A stretch of 64,000 bases of DNA. It comes from Candidatus Binatia bacterium (GTDB lineage Bacteria; Desulfobacterota; Binatia; HRBIN30). The stretch is taken from NCBI GenBank assembly GCA_038245295.1, contig JBBRSP010000014.1, positions 75,464 through 139,463 on the forward strand, given 5' to 3'. Both the position numbers and the translations under genes were made by a program. The first letter of the stretch is position 1, and each line of letters begins with the position of its first letter. Below are positions 50,393 to 59,938 of the stretch, piece by piece. A model generated the notes under the pieces. The model ran no database searches and was not told the DNA's origin. It was given only the letters and a program-made list of their open reading frames with translations.

Positions 50393-50620
50393 CGGTCATC
50401 CTTTCCTGCCGACGACGCCGGGCGTCGCCAGTTCAATCAGGGGCGTAAGTGAAAATCTCTAACCACGCACTGCTCGATGAGGCAACGATCCCACGGTGAG
50501 GAATTTTCAGGGTCTTATTAGGCAGGCACGCCGCCCCACAGCCGGCCACCCGACGATCGCTCGCCAACCGATCTCAGCCGGGTCCGCAGCAAATTTGAGC
50601 GCTGGTGGCGGTCAGCGTTC

Positions 50621-50827
50621 TTGTCACAAGGCATCGTTCGGTGCACAGAGCTGACGGAGAAGGAGGGCCGCAAGGCCGGACTCTACCGCTCGACCTTCGG
50701 ATCGTCCCACGGTGTGGAAATTGCCGACGCGCTGATCGCCGCAACCGCCCACACGCACGGTTTCACCCTGTGCACCCGCAACCTGAAGCACTACCCGATG
50801 CGCGACCTGAAGAAGCTACGTGTATAG
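50621..50827 (+). pseudogene. C-terminal fragment of a PIN-domain (VapC) toxin
   Basis: ADALIAATA...L.TRN.KHY present; N-terminal PIN half and antitoxin not evident. Confidence 0.7.
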
Positions 50828-50873
50828 CCACCACGGAGCCACGCACGGGGGTGCGCCATCTGACACCCGTGGC

Positions 50874-52841
50874 TCAGGCCGCGTGGCGATCCGTACCGAT
50901 CGTGTGGATGATGTCACCGATGATTTCGGTGAGCGTCGACTGCCCCGGGGTATAGATGCGCCGCACACCGGCGGCGTGCAGCTTCTTGTGATCGGCGTCC
51001 GGGATGATGCCGCCGACGAACACCGGCACGTCCGCCAGGCCTTTCTGCTTCAGCAACTCGGTGATCCGCGGGATCAAGGTCATGTGCGAACCGGAGTGGA
51101 TCGATAGACCAATCGCGTCGACATCCTCTTGCAATGCCGACTCGACGATCTGCTCGGGCGTCAACCGGATACCGTCGTAGATCACTTCCATGCCCGCCTC
51201 TTTGGCGCGCACCGCCACCTGCTCCGCTCCGTTCGAGTGGCCGTCGAGCCCGGGCTTGGCAACCAGCAAGCGAATCGGATGGCCGATCTGCTTGGCGACG
51301 CTAGCCGCATGGTTGCGCACATCAGTCAGCCGCACGCTGTCACCCGTGAAGGTGGCGCCGCGCAGGCCCGTAGGAGCACGATATTCACCGAACACCTGAC
51401 GCAGCGTCGAAGACCACTCTCCGGTAGTCACCCCGGCGTGCGCGGCACGAATCGACACCGGCATGATGTTGCTGCCGTTCTTGGCTGCATCGGCCAGGGC
51501 GCGCAGCGCCGCCTCGACGTCGGCTTTGTTACGCTTGGCGCGGAAGGCCTGCAGACGCTCGATCTGACTGCGTTCGGCATCGGCTTCGACAACCAGAATG
51601 TTCTCGGCGTCGCCGCCGGCGACGAGGGGCGACGGCTCATGCTCGGTGAACTTGTTGACGCCGACGACGACAAGATCACCACTCTCGATGCGCCGTTGGC
51701 GTTCGGCGTGGCTCGCCACCAGCGACGTTTTCATCGACTCGATCGCCTGCGCCGCATCACCAAGCGACAGCACCCGCGCCAACTCGGCCTCGGCGCCGTC
51801 GCTGATCTCCTTCACCTTGGCTTCGATGACCTTTGAACCCTCGAAGATATCGCCTTCGTACTCGAGGACGTCGGTCTCGAACGCCAAAACCTGCTGGATG
51901 CGCAGCGACCATTGCTGATCCCAAGGTCGCGGCAAGCCGAGCGCCTCGTTCCACGCCGGCAACTGCACCGAGCGGGCGCGCGCCTCTTTGGAGAGCGTGA
52001 CCGCGAGCATCTCGAGGACGATGCGCTGCACGTTGTTCTCAGGTTGCTGCGCCGTCAGGCCGAGCGAGTTGACCTGCACGCCGTAGCGAAAGCGGCGCTT
52101 GGCGGCGTCTTCGATGCCGTATCGCTCGCGCATGTGTTTGTCCCACAGGCGCGTGAAGGCTTTGAGTTTGCACATCTCTTCGATGAAGCGGATGCCGGCG
52201 TTGACGAAGAACGAAATGGCGCCGACGACATTGGGCATCGCCACACCCGGGCGGGCCTTGACGCGATCGAGGATGGCAAACGAGTTGGCCAGAGAGAACG
52301 CCACTTCCTGGACCGGCGTCGCGCCGGCTTCTTGCAAGTGGTAGCTGCAGATGTTCACCGGGTTCCACTTCGGAATGTTTTCGACGGTGTACTCGATGGT
52401 GTCGGCGGTCAGACGCAAGGACGGCTCCGGCGGAAAGGCGTAGGTGCCGCGGGCCAGGAACTCCTTGAGGATGTCGTTCTGCGTCGTGCCACGCAGGTCG
52501 CGCGGCGTCGCACCCTGACGTTCGGCCGTGGCCACATACAACGACAGTAGCCACGCGGCCGTGGCGTTGATGGTCATCGACGTGTTCATCTTGGCCAACG
52601 GGATCGCTTCGAAGAGCTGCTCCATGTCGGCGATATGCGAGATCGGCACGCCGACCTTGCCAACCTCGCCGCTGGCCATCGGATCGTCCGAGTCGTAGCC
52701 GGTCTGCGTCGGCAGATCGAACGCCACACTGAGGCCCGTCTGGCCCTTGCTCAGGTTCTTGCGAAACAGCTCGTTCGCCGCTTTCGGGTTCGTGTGTCCC
52801 GCATAGGTGCGCATCAGCCACGGTTCTTGACGGTTTGCCAT
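50874..52841 (-). CDS. ecm: Ethylmalonyl-CoA mutase (MeaA/Ecm, B12-dependent)
   Basis: WLMRTYAGH, NICSYHLQE, FRYGVQVNSLGLT, QLPAWNEALGLP and the B12-binding LDGHSNG. Confidence 0.92.
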   Translation of the reverse strand: MANRQEPWLMRTYAGHTNPKAANELFRKNLSKGQTGLSVAFDLPTQTGYDSDDPMASGEVGKVGVPISHIADMEQLFEAIPLAKMNTSMTINATAAWLLSLYVATAERQGATPRDLRGTTQNDILKEFLARGTYAFPPEPSLRLTADTIEYTVENIPKWNPVNICSYHLQEAGATPVQEVAFSLANSFAILDRVKARPGVAMPNVVGAISFFVNAGIRFIEEMCKLKAFTRLWDKHMRERYGIEDAAKRRFRYGVQVNSLGLTAQQPENNVQRIVLEMLAVTLSKEARARSVQLPAWNEALGLPRPWDQQWSLRIQQVLAFETDVLEYEGDIFEGSKVIEAKVKEISDGAEAELARVLSLGDAAQAIESMKTSLVASHAERQRRIESGDLVVVGVNKFTEHEPSPLVAGGDAENILVVEADAERSQIERLQAFRAKRNKADVEAALRALADAAKNGSNIMPVSIRAAHAGVTTGEWSSTLRQVFGEYRAPTGLRGATFTGDSVRLTDVRNHAASVAKQIGHPIRLLVAKPGLDGHSNGAEQVAVRAKEAGMEVIYDGIRLTPEQIVESALQEDVDAIGLSIHSGSHMTLIPRITELLKQKGLADVPVFVGGIIPDADHKKLHAAGVRRIYTPGQSTLTEIIGDIIHTIGTDRHAA

Positions 52842-52997
52842 GTTCCTCAATTAGCAAGCGTGTGAAGCCACAGGCAACCGCGGTACCTGAAGGCGCCCGT
52901 AGCAATCGACGCTAAGCTACCCGCTGGCCTTGAGTGTCCAGACAATCTGTGCGACACGTCCGCCGCTTTAATCCAATCAGCAAGGGGTTCTGTCCGC

Positions 52998-54311
52998 ATG
53001 ATTCCGATCAAAAACGTGGTCGTGTTGGGTGCCAACGGCACCATGGGTGCTGGCAGCGGCGAAGTCTTCGCGGCCGGCGGATGTGATGTTGTCTTCCTCG
53101 CCCGCTCGGTGGAGAAGGCGCACGAAGGCGTAGTGACGGCGCAGAATATGGCGAAGTCCGTACGAATCGCCGATCGCATCTCGGTCGGAACGTACGACAA
53201 GGACCTCGAGGAAGCCGTCGCCAAAGCCGATCTGATCTTTGAAGCCCTGGCCGAAGAGATCGAGCTGAAGAAAACCTTCTTCACCCGAGTAGACAAGGTG
53301 CGGCGCCCCGATTCAATCGTCGCCACCGTGTCGTCCGGTCTGTCGATCGCCCAGATGGCGGCCGGCCGCAGCGCTTCCTTCCAGAAGAACTTCCTCGGCA
53401 TGCACTTGTTCAACCCGCCGAGTGTCATCGTCGGCACCGAAGTGATTCCGCACGCCGGCACCGACCCGAAGCTCGTCAAGGAAGTCGTCGACCTGCTGGA
53501 GACGCGTTTCGGCCGAATCGCCATCGTCACCGACGACAAGCCGGCCTTTGCCGGCAACCGTGTTGGCTTCAAGGTTCTCAATGAGGTTGCCATCCTCGCC
53601 GAGGAACACGGCGTCGCCTACATTGATTACCTGATCGGGCCGCACACCGGCCGTGCGATGCAGCCGCTGGCAACCGTCGACCTGGTTGGCTGGGATGTCC
53701 ACAAGGCCATCGTCGACAACATCTACGAGAACTCCGCCGACGAGGCACACGCACTGTTCAAGCTGCCGGCGTACATGCAGAACTTGATCAGCCACGGCCA
53801 CCTCGGCAACAAGACCGCCAACCTCGGCGGCTTCTACCGCCGCGTCAAGGAAGGCAAGACGACCACCAGCCTGGTGCTCGACCCGAAGACCGGCGCCTAC
53901 AAGGATACGCGCGACAACCCGGTGCACAAGATCGCCTTCGTCGAGAAGATGAAGGAACTGCATCGCGTCGGCCTCTACCCGGAAGCGATGAAGGTGTTCG
54001 TCGACGCCAAGGGCGACGATGCCGATCTCTGTCGCAAGGTCGTCCTCGGTTACGTCAGCTACGGACTCAACCGCGTCGGCGACAACGAAGTCGTCCGCAG
54101 CCCGCGCGACGTCGATCGCATCATGGGCTTCGGGTTCAACTGGGCGCCGCCGACGGTGCTGGTCGATGTGATCGGGATCAAGACGACGATCGCGCTGCTC
54201 GAGAAGTACAAGCTCGTCGTGCCGCCGGTGTTGCAGCAGGCGGCGAAGAATCCCAACACCAAGCTGTACCAGGAACCGAATGTCAACGTTGGTAGGTTCT
54301 TCGCGGCTTGA
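52998..54311 (+). CDS. 3-hydroxyacyl-CoA dehydrogenase family protein
   Basis: VLGANGTMG, EALAE...K, GMHLFNP and FAGNR. Confidence 0.88.
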   Translation: MIPIKNVVVLGANGTMGAGSGEVFAAGGCDVVFLARSVEKAHEGVVTAQNMAKSVRIADRISVGTYDKDLEEAVAKADLIFEALAEEIELKKTFFTRVDKVRRPDSIVATVSSGLSIAQMAAGRSASFQKNFLGMHLFNPPSVIVGTEVIPHAGTDPKLVKEVVDLLETRFGRIAIVTDDKPAFAGNRVGFKVLNEVAILAEEHGVAYIDYLIGPHTGRAMQPLATVDLVGWDVHKAIVDNIYENSADEAHALFKLPAYMQNLISHGHLGNKTANLGGFYRRVKEGKTTTSLVLDPKTGAYKDTRDNPVHKIAFVEKMKELHRVGLYPEAMKVFVDAKGDDADLCRKVVLGYVSYGLNRVGDNEVVRSPRDVDRIMGFGFNWAPPTVLVDVIGIKTTIALLEKYKLVVPPVLQQAAKNPNTKLYQEPNVNVGRFFAA

Positions 54312-54363
54312 TCTTGCTCTAGTTCATGCGCACAGGTAGTCGGATCGAAGAAGGGAGGCCCTG

Positions 54364-55593
54364 ATGGCTGCACCGATTTACGTCCTGGGAGGATATCAAA
54401 CTGATTTCTCCCGCAACTGGAACAAAGAGAACAAACATATCCTCGCCATGATGCGCGAGGCCGTCCAAGGCGGTCTCGAAGCAACCGGGATCGAGGCCAA
54501 GGACGTCGAAGTGGCGCATGTCGGCAACTTTGCCGCTGAGCTCTACTCGATGCAGGGGCATCTTGGTGCCTTCGTCGTGGATACCGACCCCGCCTTCTCC
54601 GGTCTGCCAACGTCGCGCCACGAGGCCGCCTGCGCCTCGGGTAGCATCGCCATTCTCGTTGCGTCTTCGGAAATCGAAGCCGGCCGTTACGACCTGTCGA
54701 TGGTCGTCGGCGTCGAACAGATGAAGACCGTCGATCCCGCCAAGGGCGGCGACTTCCTCGGCACCGCAGCCTGGTACGATCGCGAAGCCAAAGGCGTCGA
54801 GTTCCCCTTTCCAAAACTCTTCGGTCGCCTCGGCGACGAATACGACAAGCGCTACGGCTTGAAGGATGAGCATCTGGCTCACATTTCCGCCGTCAATTAT
54901 TCGAACGCCAAGCGCAACCCGCTGGCGCAGACACGCAATTGGTACATGACCGAAGATCACGCGCGTTCGACCGACAAGTTCAACAGCGTCATCGGCGGTC
55001 GCATCAAAATCTCCGATTGCTCGCAGGTCACCGACGGCGCCGCATCGCTCTTCCTCGCTTCCGAGAAGGCAGCGGCCGCCTACGCCAAGAAGCGCGGCAT
55101 CAAGCTCGAGAGCATTCCGAAGTTGCTCGGCTGGGGCCACAAGACCGCGCCCATCGAGTTCGACAAGAAGGTCGCCGAGAGCAAGGACAACGCCTACGTT
55201 CTGCCGCACACGCGCCAGGCCATCCTGGACGCCTTCAAGCGCGCCGGTGTGGCCGATGTCTGGGGCGTCCAGGCAATCGAGACCCACGACTGCTTCACCA
55301 CCTCGGAGTACATGGCCATTGATCACTTTGGCCTCACCAAGCCGGGTGAAGCGTGGAAGGCCATCGAAGACGGCACCATCGAGATGGGCGGCAAGATGCC
55401 GATTAATCCGAGCGGCGGCCTGATCGGCACCGGACACCCGGTCGGCTGCACCGGTACGCGTCAGGTCCTCGATGCGTACAAGCAGGTCACCAACCAGTGC
55501 GGCGAGTATCAGGTCGAAGGCGCCAAGAAGATCGCCACCCTCAACATCGGTGGCAGCGGCACCACCAGCGTTTCGTTCGTAGTCGGATACTAG
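54364..55593 (+). CDS. Acetyl-CoA acetyltransferase (SCP2-type thiolase)
   Basis: EAACASG, HDCFT and NPSGGLIG.GHPVG. Confidence 0.92.
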   Translation: MAAPIYVLGGYQTDFSRNWNKENKHILAMMREAVQGGLEATGIEAKDVEVAHVGNFAAELYSMQGHLGAFVVDTDPAFSGLPTSRHEAACASGSIAILVASSEIEAGRYDLSMVVGVEQMKTVDPAKGGDFLGTAAWYDREAKGVEFPFPKLFGRLGDEYDKRYGLKDEHLAHISAVNYSNAKRNPLAQTRNWYMTEDHARSTDKFNSVIGGRIKISDCSQVTDGAASLFLASEKAAAAYAKKRGIKLESIPKLLGWGHKTAPIEFDKKVAESKDNAYVLPHTRQAILDAFKRAGVADVWGVQAIETHDCFTTSEYMAIDHFGLTKPGEAWKAIEDGTIEMGGKMPINPSGGLIGTGHPVGCTGTRQVLDAYKQVTNQCGEYQVEGAKKIATLNIGGSGTTSVSFVVGY

Positions 55594-55620
55594 GACCCGG
55601 GGCCGCATCCTTGGGTGAAC

Positions 55621-55658
55621 GGGGACATGGCCTGGAGCCATGTCCCCGTTTCTATTTT
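55621..55658 (+). terminator. Intrinsic terminator after the thiolase
   Basis: 11-bp stem GGGGACATGGC/GCCATGTCCCC followed by gtttctatttt. Confidence 0.65.
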
Positions 55659-55731
55659 GGGCACTGCTGCCGACAACCGCAGCAGCGGGCCTTGCAACGA
55701 GTCGGGATCACAGCCAAAAGACGGACCTCTT

Positions 55732-56916
55732 ATGGAAGACCTGAGCAAGCAGTCGGTTGAACTTCACGCGCTACACCACGGCAAGCTCGAGGTGAAGAGC
55801 AAGGTCGGACTCGAGAGCCGCCTCGATCTGAGCCTCGCATACACTCCTGGGGTGGCCGAGGTGTGCCACGAGATCCACAGAAACCCGGCCCGGGTTTTTG
55901 ATCTCACGATCAAGCGCAACACGGTAGCCGTAGTCTCCGACGGTTCGGCGATTCTCGGCATCGGTAACCTTGGCGCCGAGGCGGCCATTCCTGTGATGGA
56001 AGGCAAGGCGGTGCTCTTCAAGGAGTTCGCCAACGTCGACGCCTTTCCGATCTGCCTCAACACCCAGAACACCGACGAAATCGTCAGCATCGTGCGCGCC
56101 ATCGCGCCGGTGTTCGGCGGCATCAACCTCGAAGACATCTCTGCGCCACGCTGCTTCGAGGTCGAGGAGCGATTGCAGGATCTCGGTATTCCCGTCTTCC
56201 ATGACGACCAGCACGGCACGGCGATCGTCGTTCTCGCAGCCATGCTCAACGCACTCAAAGTCACCGGCAAGAATCTGTCTGACTGTCGCGTCGTCTTCAG
56301 CGGCGCCGGTGCCTCGGCCATTGCCTGTGGGCGCCTGATCCGCAGCTGCGGCACACTCGGCGTCTTGCCGCCGGTGGGCGACATCATTCTCGTCGACTCG
56401 AAGGGGATCGTGCACAAGGATCGCACCGACCTCAACCGCTACAAGCGCGACTTCGTCGACAACGGCAATAAGGAGAACCGCAAAGGCGGCCTAGCCGAGG
56501 CTCTGCGCGGCGCCGACGTGTTCATCGGTCTTTCGATGGCCAACATCGTCACCGGTGAGATGGTCCACAGCATGAACAAACATCCGATCGTTTTCGCGAT
56601 GGCGAATCCGGTTCCGGAAATCATGCCCGAACTGGCGCGTGATGCCGGCGCCGTCGTCGTCGGCACCGGCCGCAGCGACTTCCCGAACCAGATCAACAAC
56701 GTCCTCGCCTTCCCTGGCGTCTTCCGCGGCGCGCTCGATTCCAGCGCCAAGGTCATCAACGAATCCATGAAGGTCGCCGCTGCGTTGGCTCTCGCCGAAG
56801 CGGTGATTGAACCAACTCCCGACCGTGTGATTCCGAACGCGCTCGACCGCTCCGTCGGGCCGCGGGTTGGACATGCCGTCGCCGCCGCGGCGGTGAAGAG
56901 CGGGGTGTGCCGCTAA
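55732..56916 (+). CDS. NAD(P)-dependent malic enzyme (short bacterial type)
   Basis: AYTPGVA, PVMEGKA.LFK, NLEDI, HDDQHGTA and TGRSD.PNQ.NN. Confidence 0.95.
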   Translation: MEDLSKQSVELHALHHGKLEVKSKVGLESRLDLSLAYTPGVAEVCHEIHRNPARVFDLTIKRNTVAVVSDGSAILGIGNLGAEAAIPVMEGKAVLFKEFANVDAFPICLNTQNTDEIVSIVRAIAPVFGGINLEDISAPRCFEVEERLQDLGIPVFHDDQHGTAIVVLAAMLNALKVTGKNLSDCRVVFSGAGASAIACGRLIRSCGTLGVLPPVGDIILVDSKGIVHKDRTDLNRYKRDFVDNGNKENRKGGLAEALRGADVFIGLSMANIVTGEMVHSMNKHPIVFAMANPVPEIMPELARDAGAVVVGTGRSDFPNQINNVLAFPGVFRGALDSSAKVINESMKVAAALALAEAVIEPTPDRVIPNALDRSVGPRVGHAVAAAAVKSGVCR

Positions 56917-57407
56917 TTCGACCTCATGTTGCGGCCGCCGCTCTGGTCGCACTCCTGGTCGCGCCGGCACTGGCTCAGGTTTCCGGCGTCCCCGTGCGCG
57001 TCGACAGCGGCCCACTCAGCGATCTCAGTGACAGCGTTGGTTCCGGCAGTCGCCCGGTTCACGAACCGGGACGCGGAAGCTTGCGCGATCTCTCCAACGA
57101 TTCCCTCAGCGACGGACCGGTGAGCGACACGGTCACCGGAACCGTCGGTAACGGCTCGGTGCACGACGGAACGGCTGGCTCCGTCCACGATCAGGGGCGG
57201 ATGCCTTTCTTTTTCGTAGCGCCGCAATACAGCGACGACGACGCAGCGCTGGCCGAGCCTGCGCCGGACCTGAGAAATCTGCAGGACAGCGTTGCCGGGG
57301 TCGAACCCCTACCCGTCGAGGAGCCGACGCCCGATGCCCGCGTCGACGAAGGCGACGGCGATGCGGACGCATCGCCCCCTGCCGCGACCGACACAACCAC
57401 ACCTTGA
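56907..57407 (+). CDS. Hypothetical secreted acidic low-complexity protein
   Basis: Signal-peptide-like N-terminus (…APALA|Q); repeated G(P/S)(L/V).D motifs. Confidence 0.6.
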   Translation: MPLIRPHVAAAALVALLVAPALAQVSGVPVRVDSGPLSDLSDSVGSGSRPVHEPGRGSLRDLSNDSLSDGPVSDTVTGTVGNGSVHDGTAGSVHDQGRMPFFFVAPQYSDDDAALAEPAPDLRNLQDSVAGVEPLPVEEPTPDARVDEGDGDADASPPAATDTTTP

Positions 57408-57425
57408 GCCGTGAGCGCGACGCAA

Positions 57426-58076
57426 CTAACCCCGGATCGCTTTCATCCCAGCGCTGAACTTCGAGTCGGTCGACGCCGACAAACCAAACTGCCGGCGCAG
57501 CAGTGCCGTCAGCGCTTCGATATGGCGTCGATCGCCGCAGCGGTCCTCGGCTTCCAACTCCAGGTAGCGTAAACGCACGCGGCGCTCGCCCGGGGCCCGA
57601 ATCCGAACACGATCGAGTGCCAACTCGGCGACTTGTGTCGTTCCAAGCATGACCCGCCGCGTGCTGCGCTCAATGTCGGTCACCAGGATCGGGGTGAACG
57701 GCCCCGAGGCAAGTCGGGCGCCGAGGACTTCGGCGATCTCATTCGGAAGCTTCGACCAGCGCTGACGCAACGGTCCAGGCAGGGCGACATTGACCTCGAC
57801 GCGCTCGTGCACTGCTCGGCGGACTCGGGTTGGGCCCTTGACCGAGGCCTCGTCGCCGGCGGTGCTGTGGCGGGTCCGCAAGGCCAACCGCGCCGTCGTG
57901 AGCTCGCGTCCCTGGTTATCCCAGTACCGCGTAACCAGGCGCTCCTGTCGTGGCCGGCGCAACTGATACTCCCCAACTTTGCGCAGAGCCCGCAGCGCCG
58001 CGAAGGCCGGCGCGTCGGGAATGCTCAGCTTGGTCTCGACCTCACGCGGCGCGGCGGCGCGTTTCACGGAAGACAA
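57426..58076 (-). CDS. CYTH domain protein
   Basis: EVETKL (ExExK), Y.D...L....ALR.R, ELALD, ELEAE and SKF. Confidence 0.85.
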   Translation of the reverse strand: MSSVKRAAAPREVETKLSIPDAPAFAALRALRKVGEYQLRRPRQERLVTRYWDNQGRELTTARLALRTRHSTAGDEASVKGPTRVRRAVHERVEVNVALPGPLRQRWSKLPNEIAEVLGARLASGPFTPILVTDIERSTRRVMLGTTQVAELALDRVRIRAPGERRVRLRYLELEAEDRCGDRRHIEALTALLRRQFGLSASTDSKFSAGMKAIRG

Positions 58077-59851
58077 CTACGCAACGCCGCGGCGGTACAC
58101 GAGGCGTGGGTCTCGTCGGCAATACTGTCGCCGTCAAGATCGACACCAACACTCCCGTCGGATTGATAGATCGCCCGGTAGGCGTTGCCGCCGCTGGTGA
58201 CGCGCAAGCGTCCGGCCGCGAAGCAGAGACTATCCGCGCCCGGCACCAGGCCGATTTCCGTCACGACATCGGCCGCACCGCCGAAGCACGGCGAGGTAAT
58301 CCTGCCCGACATGTCGAGGTGCGGCGGAGTCGTCGTCGAGTCCTGCGCCGTCACGAAATCCTGCAACACGGCGTCGAAGGTATCACCGGTCGTCGGATCG
58401 CTCACCTTGTCGGAACCGTTGAACTTCAGCCGGTAAGCGAGAGGCACGCAATCGGCATTGAACTGCGAGATGAGGAAATTCACAGCAGTGTTCTCGAAAT
58501 CGATGCGCGATGCGGAACCGCCCGGGCTCTGCGCCGAGATGTAGCCGGAGAGCGTCACGTCGCCACCGTTCAGGAAACAACTGACTCCCGGGTTGACGCT
58601 GATCGTCGTCACGCTGCCGTTGACATTGGCATTGATCAGCAGCTTCGGCGTGCCCGTCGAGTCGCGGAACGTCGCATTGACTTGGATCGCTTCATCGAGG
58701 ACCGGCGCCGCGACCACGACGTTCGGACAGGCACCGGCGCCACGCAGACCAATCGTGCCGCTTTCGAACGTGACCGAACCATTGTCGGTGGCCAACGTGC
58801 ACCCCGTAAAGGTGATGTTGATATTGACGTTACCAACGCCGCTGCACGTACTGAGCACCTGGCCACCCAGCGGACAGCTCGTTGCCGGCGCCAACACGGA
58901 CGCCGTCGTGTAACCACTCGGGGAAGTATTGAGGCCGAGCGTCTGACCAATTTGCAAGCCACGAATGATCGCCGTCACCAATGGCGGGAAGGCGCCGAGG
59001 CCGTTGCCAATCAAGGCGGCACGGCCTGCCACCGCACGTCCGGGCGAGAGTGGACCCAGGGTATTGGTTGGCGTCGGTGTGGCCACGGCCGTAGTCGGCG
59101 TTGGCGTCGACGTGACACAGCCGGCAAGCGCGGCGTTAACGGCCTGGACGATCTCATCGACGGTAACCTCACCGTCGCCGCTGGAGTCGAAGTTCGGGCA
59201 TTGATCGAGAGCCAGGCTTCCGAGCGCGATGTTTACGCCACGAATCAACTCGTCGACGGTGACCTCGCCGTCGTTGCCGCAATCGCCTACACAAGCGATC
59301 GGCACCGGGGTCGGCGTCGGACTGCCGGAAACCGGCGCCCGGCAGACGCCAGTCGTGCTGGTGCCGTTGCAATCGGCATCCACAACGCAACTGTAGTCGG
59401 CGTAGTCGCCGCCGTCGCAGAACTTTCCACTCGAGATACAACTCACCGACGTGCCGCACTGATCGGATCGTAAGCAGCCGAAGCCGCGGAACTCGCCGCT
59501 GCCACAAACCCGGTAGGCTCCAACGCAGATCGGCGCACCGCCGCAGCTGGCATCGGCTGTGGTGCCGCAGCTTTCGCCGTCGAAGGCGCCGCCCTGGCAC
59601 AGGCCCGCGGCGCTGCACAGACCGCCGGGGCAATCGCACGGAAAGCCGTCGAAGTCGCCGCCGTCGCAGACACCTTGCACGAGGACACAGGCGCCGGCGA
59701 CCGGCGAGCCGTCACACTCAGCGTCGCCCGTGGGACACGTGAGACCGTCGCGGGGGCCGGCCGAGCAGACGAAGTCTTGCGCGCGCGCGGTAACGGCGGC
59801 AGCGGCGGACATCCACGTAAAAGCAAGAAGAGCGATGACTATGCGGCGCAA
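58064..59851 (-). CDS. Secreted Cys-rich protein with a dockerin-like double EF-hand domain and a C-terminal beta-rich domain
   Basis: TTG start with GGAGG RBS; signal peptide; C.GG...G..C repeats; GDCGNDGEVTVDEL...DSSGDGEVTVDEI. Confidence 0.75.
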   Translation of the reverse strand: MRRIVIALLAFTWMSAAAAVTARAQDFVCSAGPRDGLTCPTGDAECDGSPVAGACVLVQGVCDGGDFDGFPCDCPGGLCSAAGLCQGGAFDGESCGTTADASCGGAPICVGAYRVCGSGEFRGFGCLRSDQCGTSVSCISSGKFCDGGDYADYSCVVDADCNGTSTTGVCRAPVSGSPTPTPVPIACVGDCGNDGEVTVDELIRGVNIALGSLALDQCPNFDSSGDGEVTVDEIVQAVNAALAGCVTSTPTPTTAVATPTPTNTLGPLSPGRAVAGRAALIGNGLGAFPPLVTAIIRGLQIGQTLGLNTSPSGYTTASVLAPATSCPLGGQVLSTCSGVGNVNINITFTGCTLATDNGSVTFESGTIGLRGAGACPNVVVAAPVLDEAIQVNATFRDSTGTPKLLINANVNGSVTTISVNPGVSCFLNGGDVTLSGYISAQSPGGSASRIDFENTAVNFLISQFNADCVPLAYRLKFNGSDKVSDPTTGDTFDAVLQDFVTAQDSTTTPPHLDMSGRITSPCFGGAADVVTEIGLVPGADSLCFAAGRLRVTSGGNAYRAIYQSDGSVGVDLDGDSIADETHASCTAAALRSCLP

Positions 59852-59938
59852 GTTGAGATCCTCCAACGATTGGGTATCTCGGAAGCGCGCCCCCCGGTCA
59901 AGCTGGAAAGGTTGCCACAATTGCGCGAAAACCTCGCC

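Noticed and set aside
52842..52997. Cobalamin riboswitch upstream of the B12-dependent mutases (also checked before scpA)
   Set aside because: No recognisable B12-box or conserved core was visible by eye; an Infernal search would be needed to exclude it fully.
57950..59473. Long opposite-strand ORFs (also 2032-2913, 38215-39399, 54319-55641, 32496-33449)
   Set aside because: These are stop-free antisense frames expected from high-GC codon bias. They have no recognisable motifs and each overlaps a well-supported gene.
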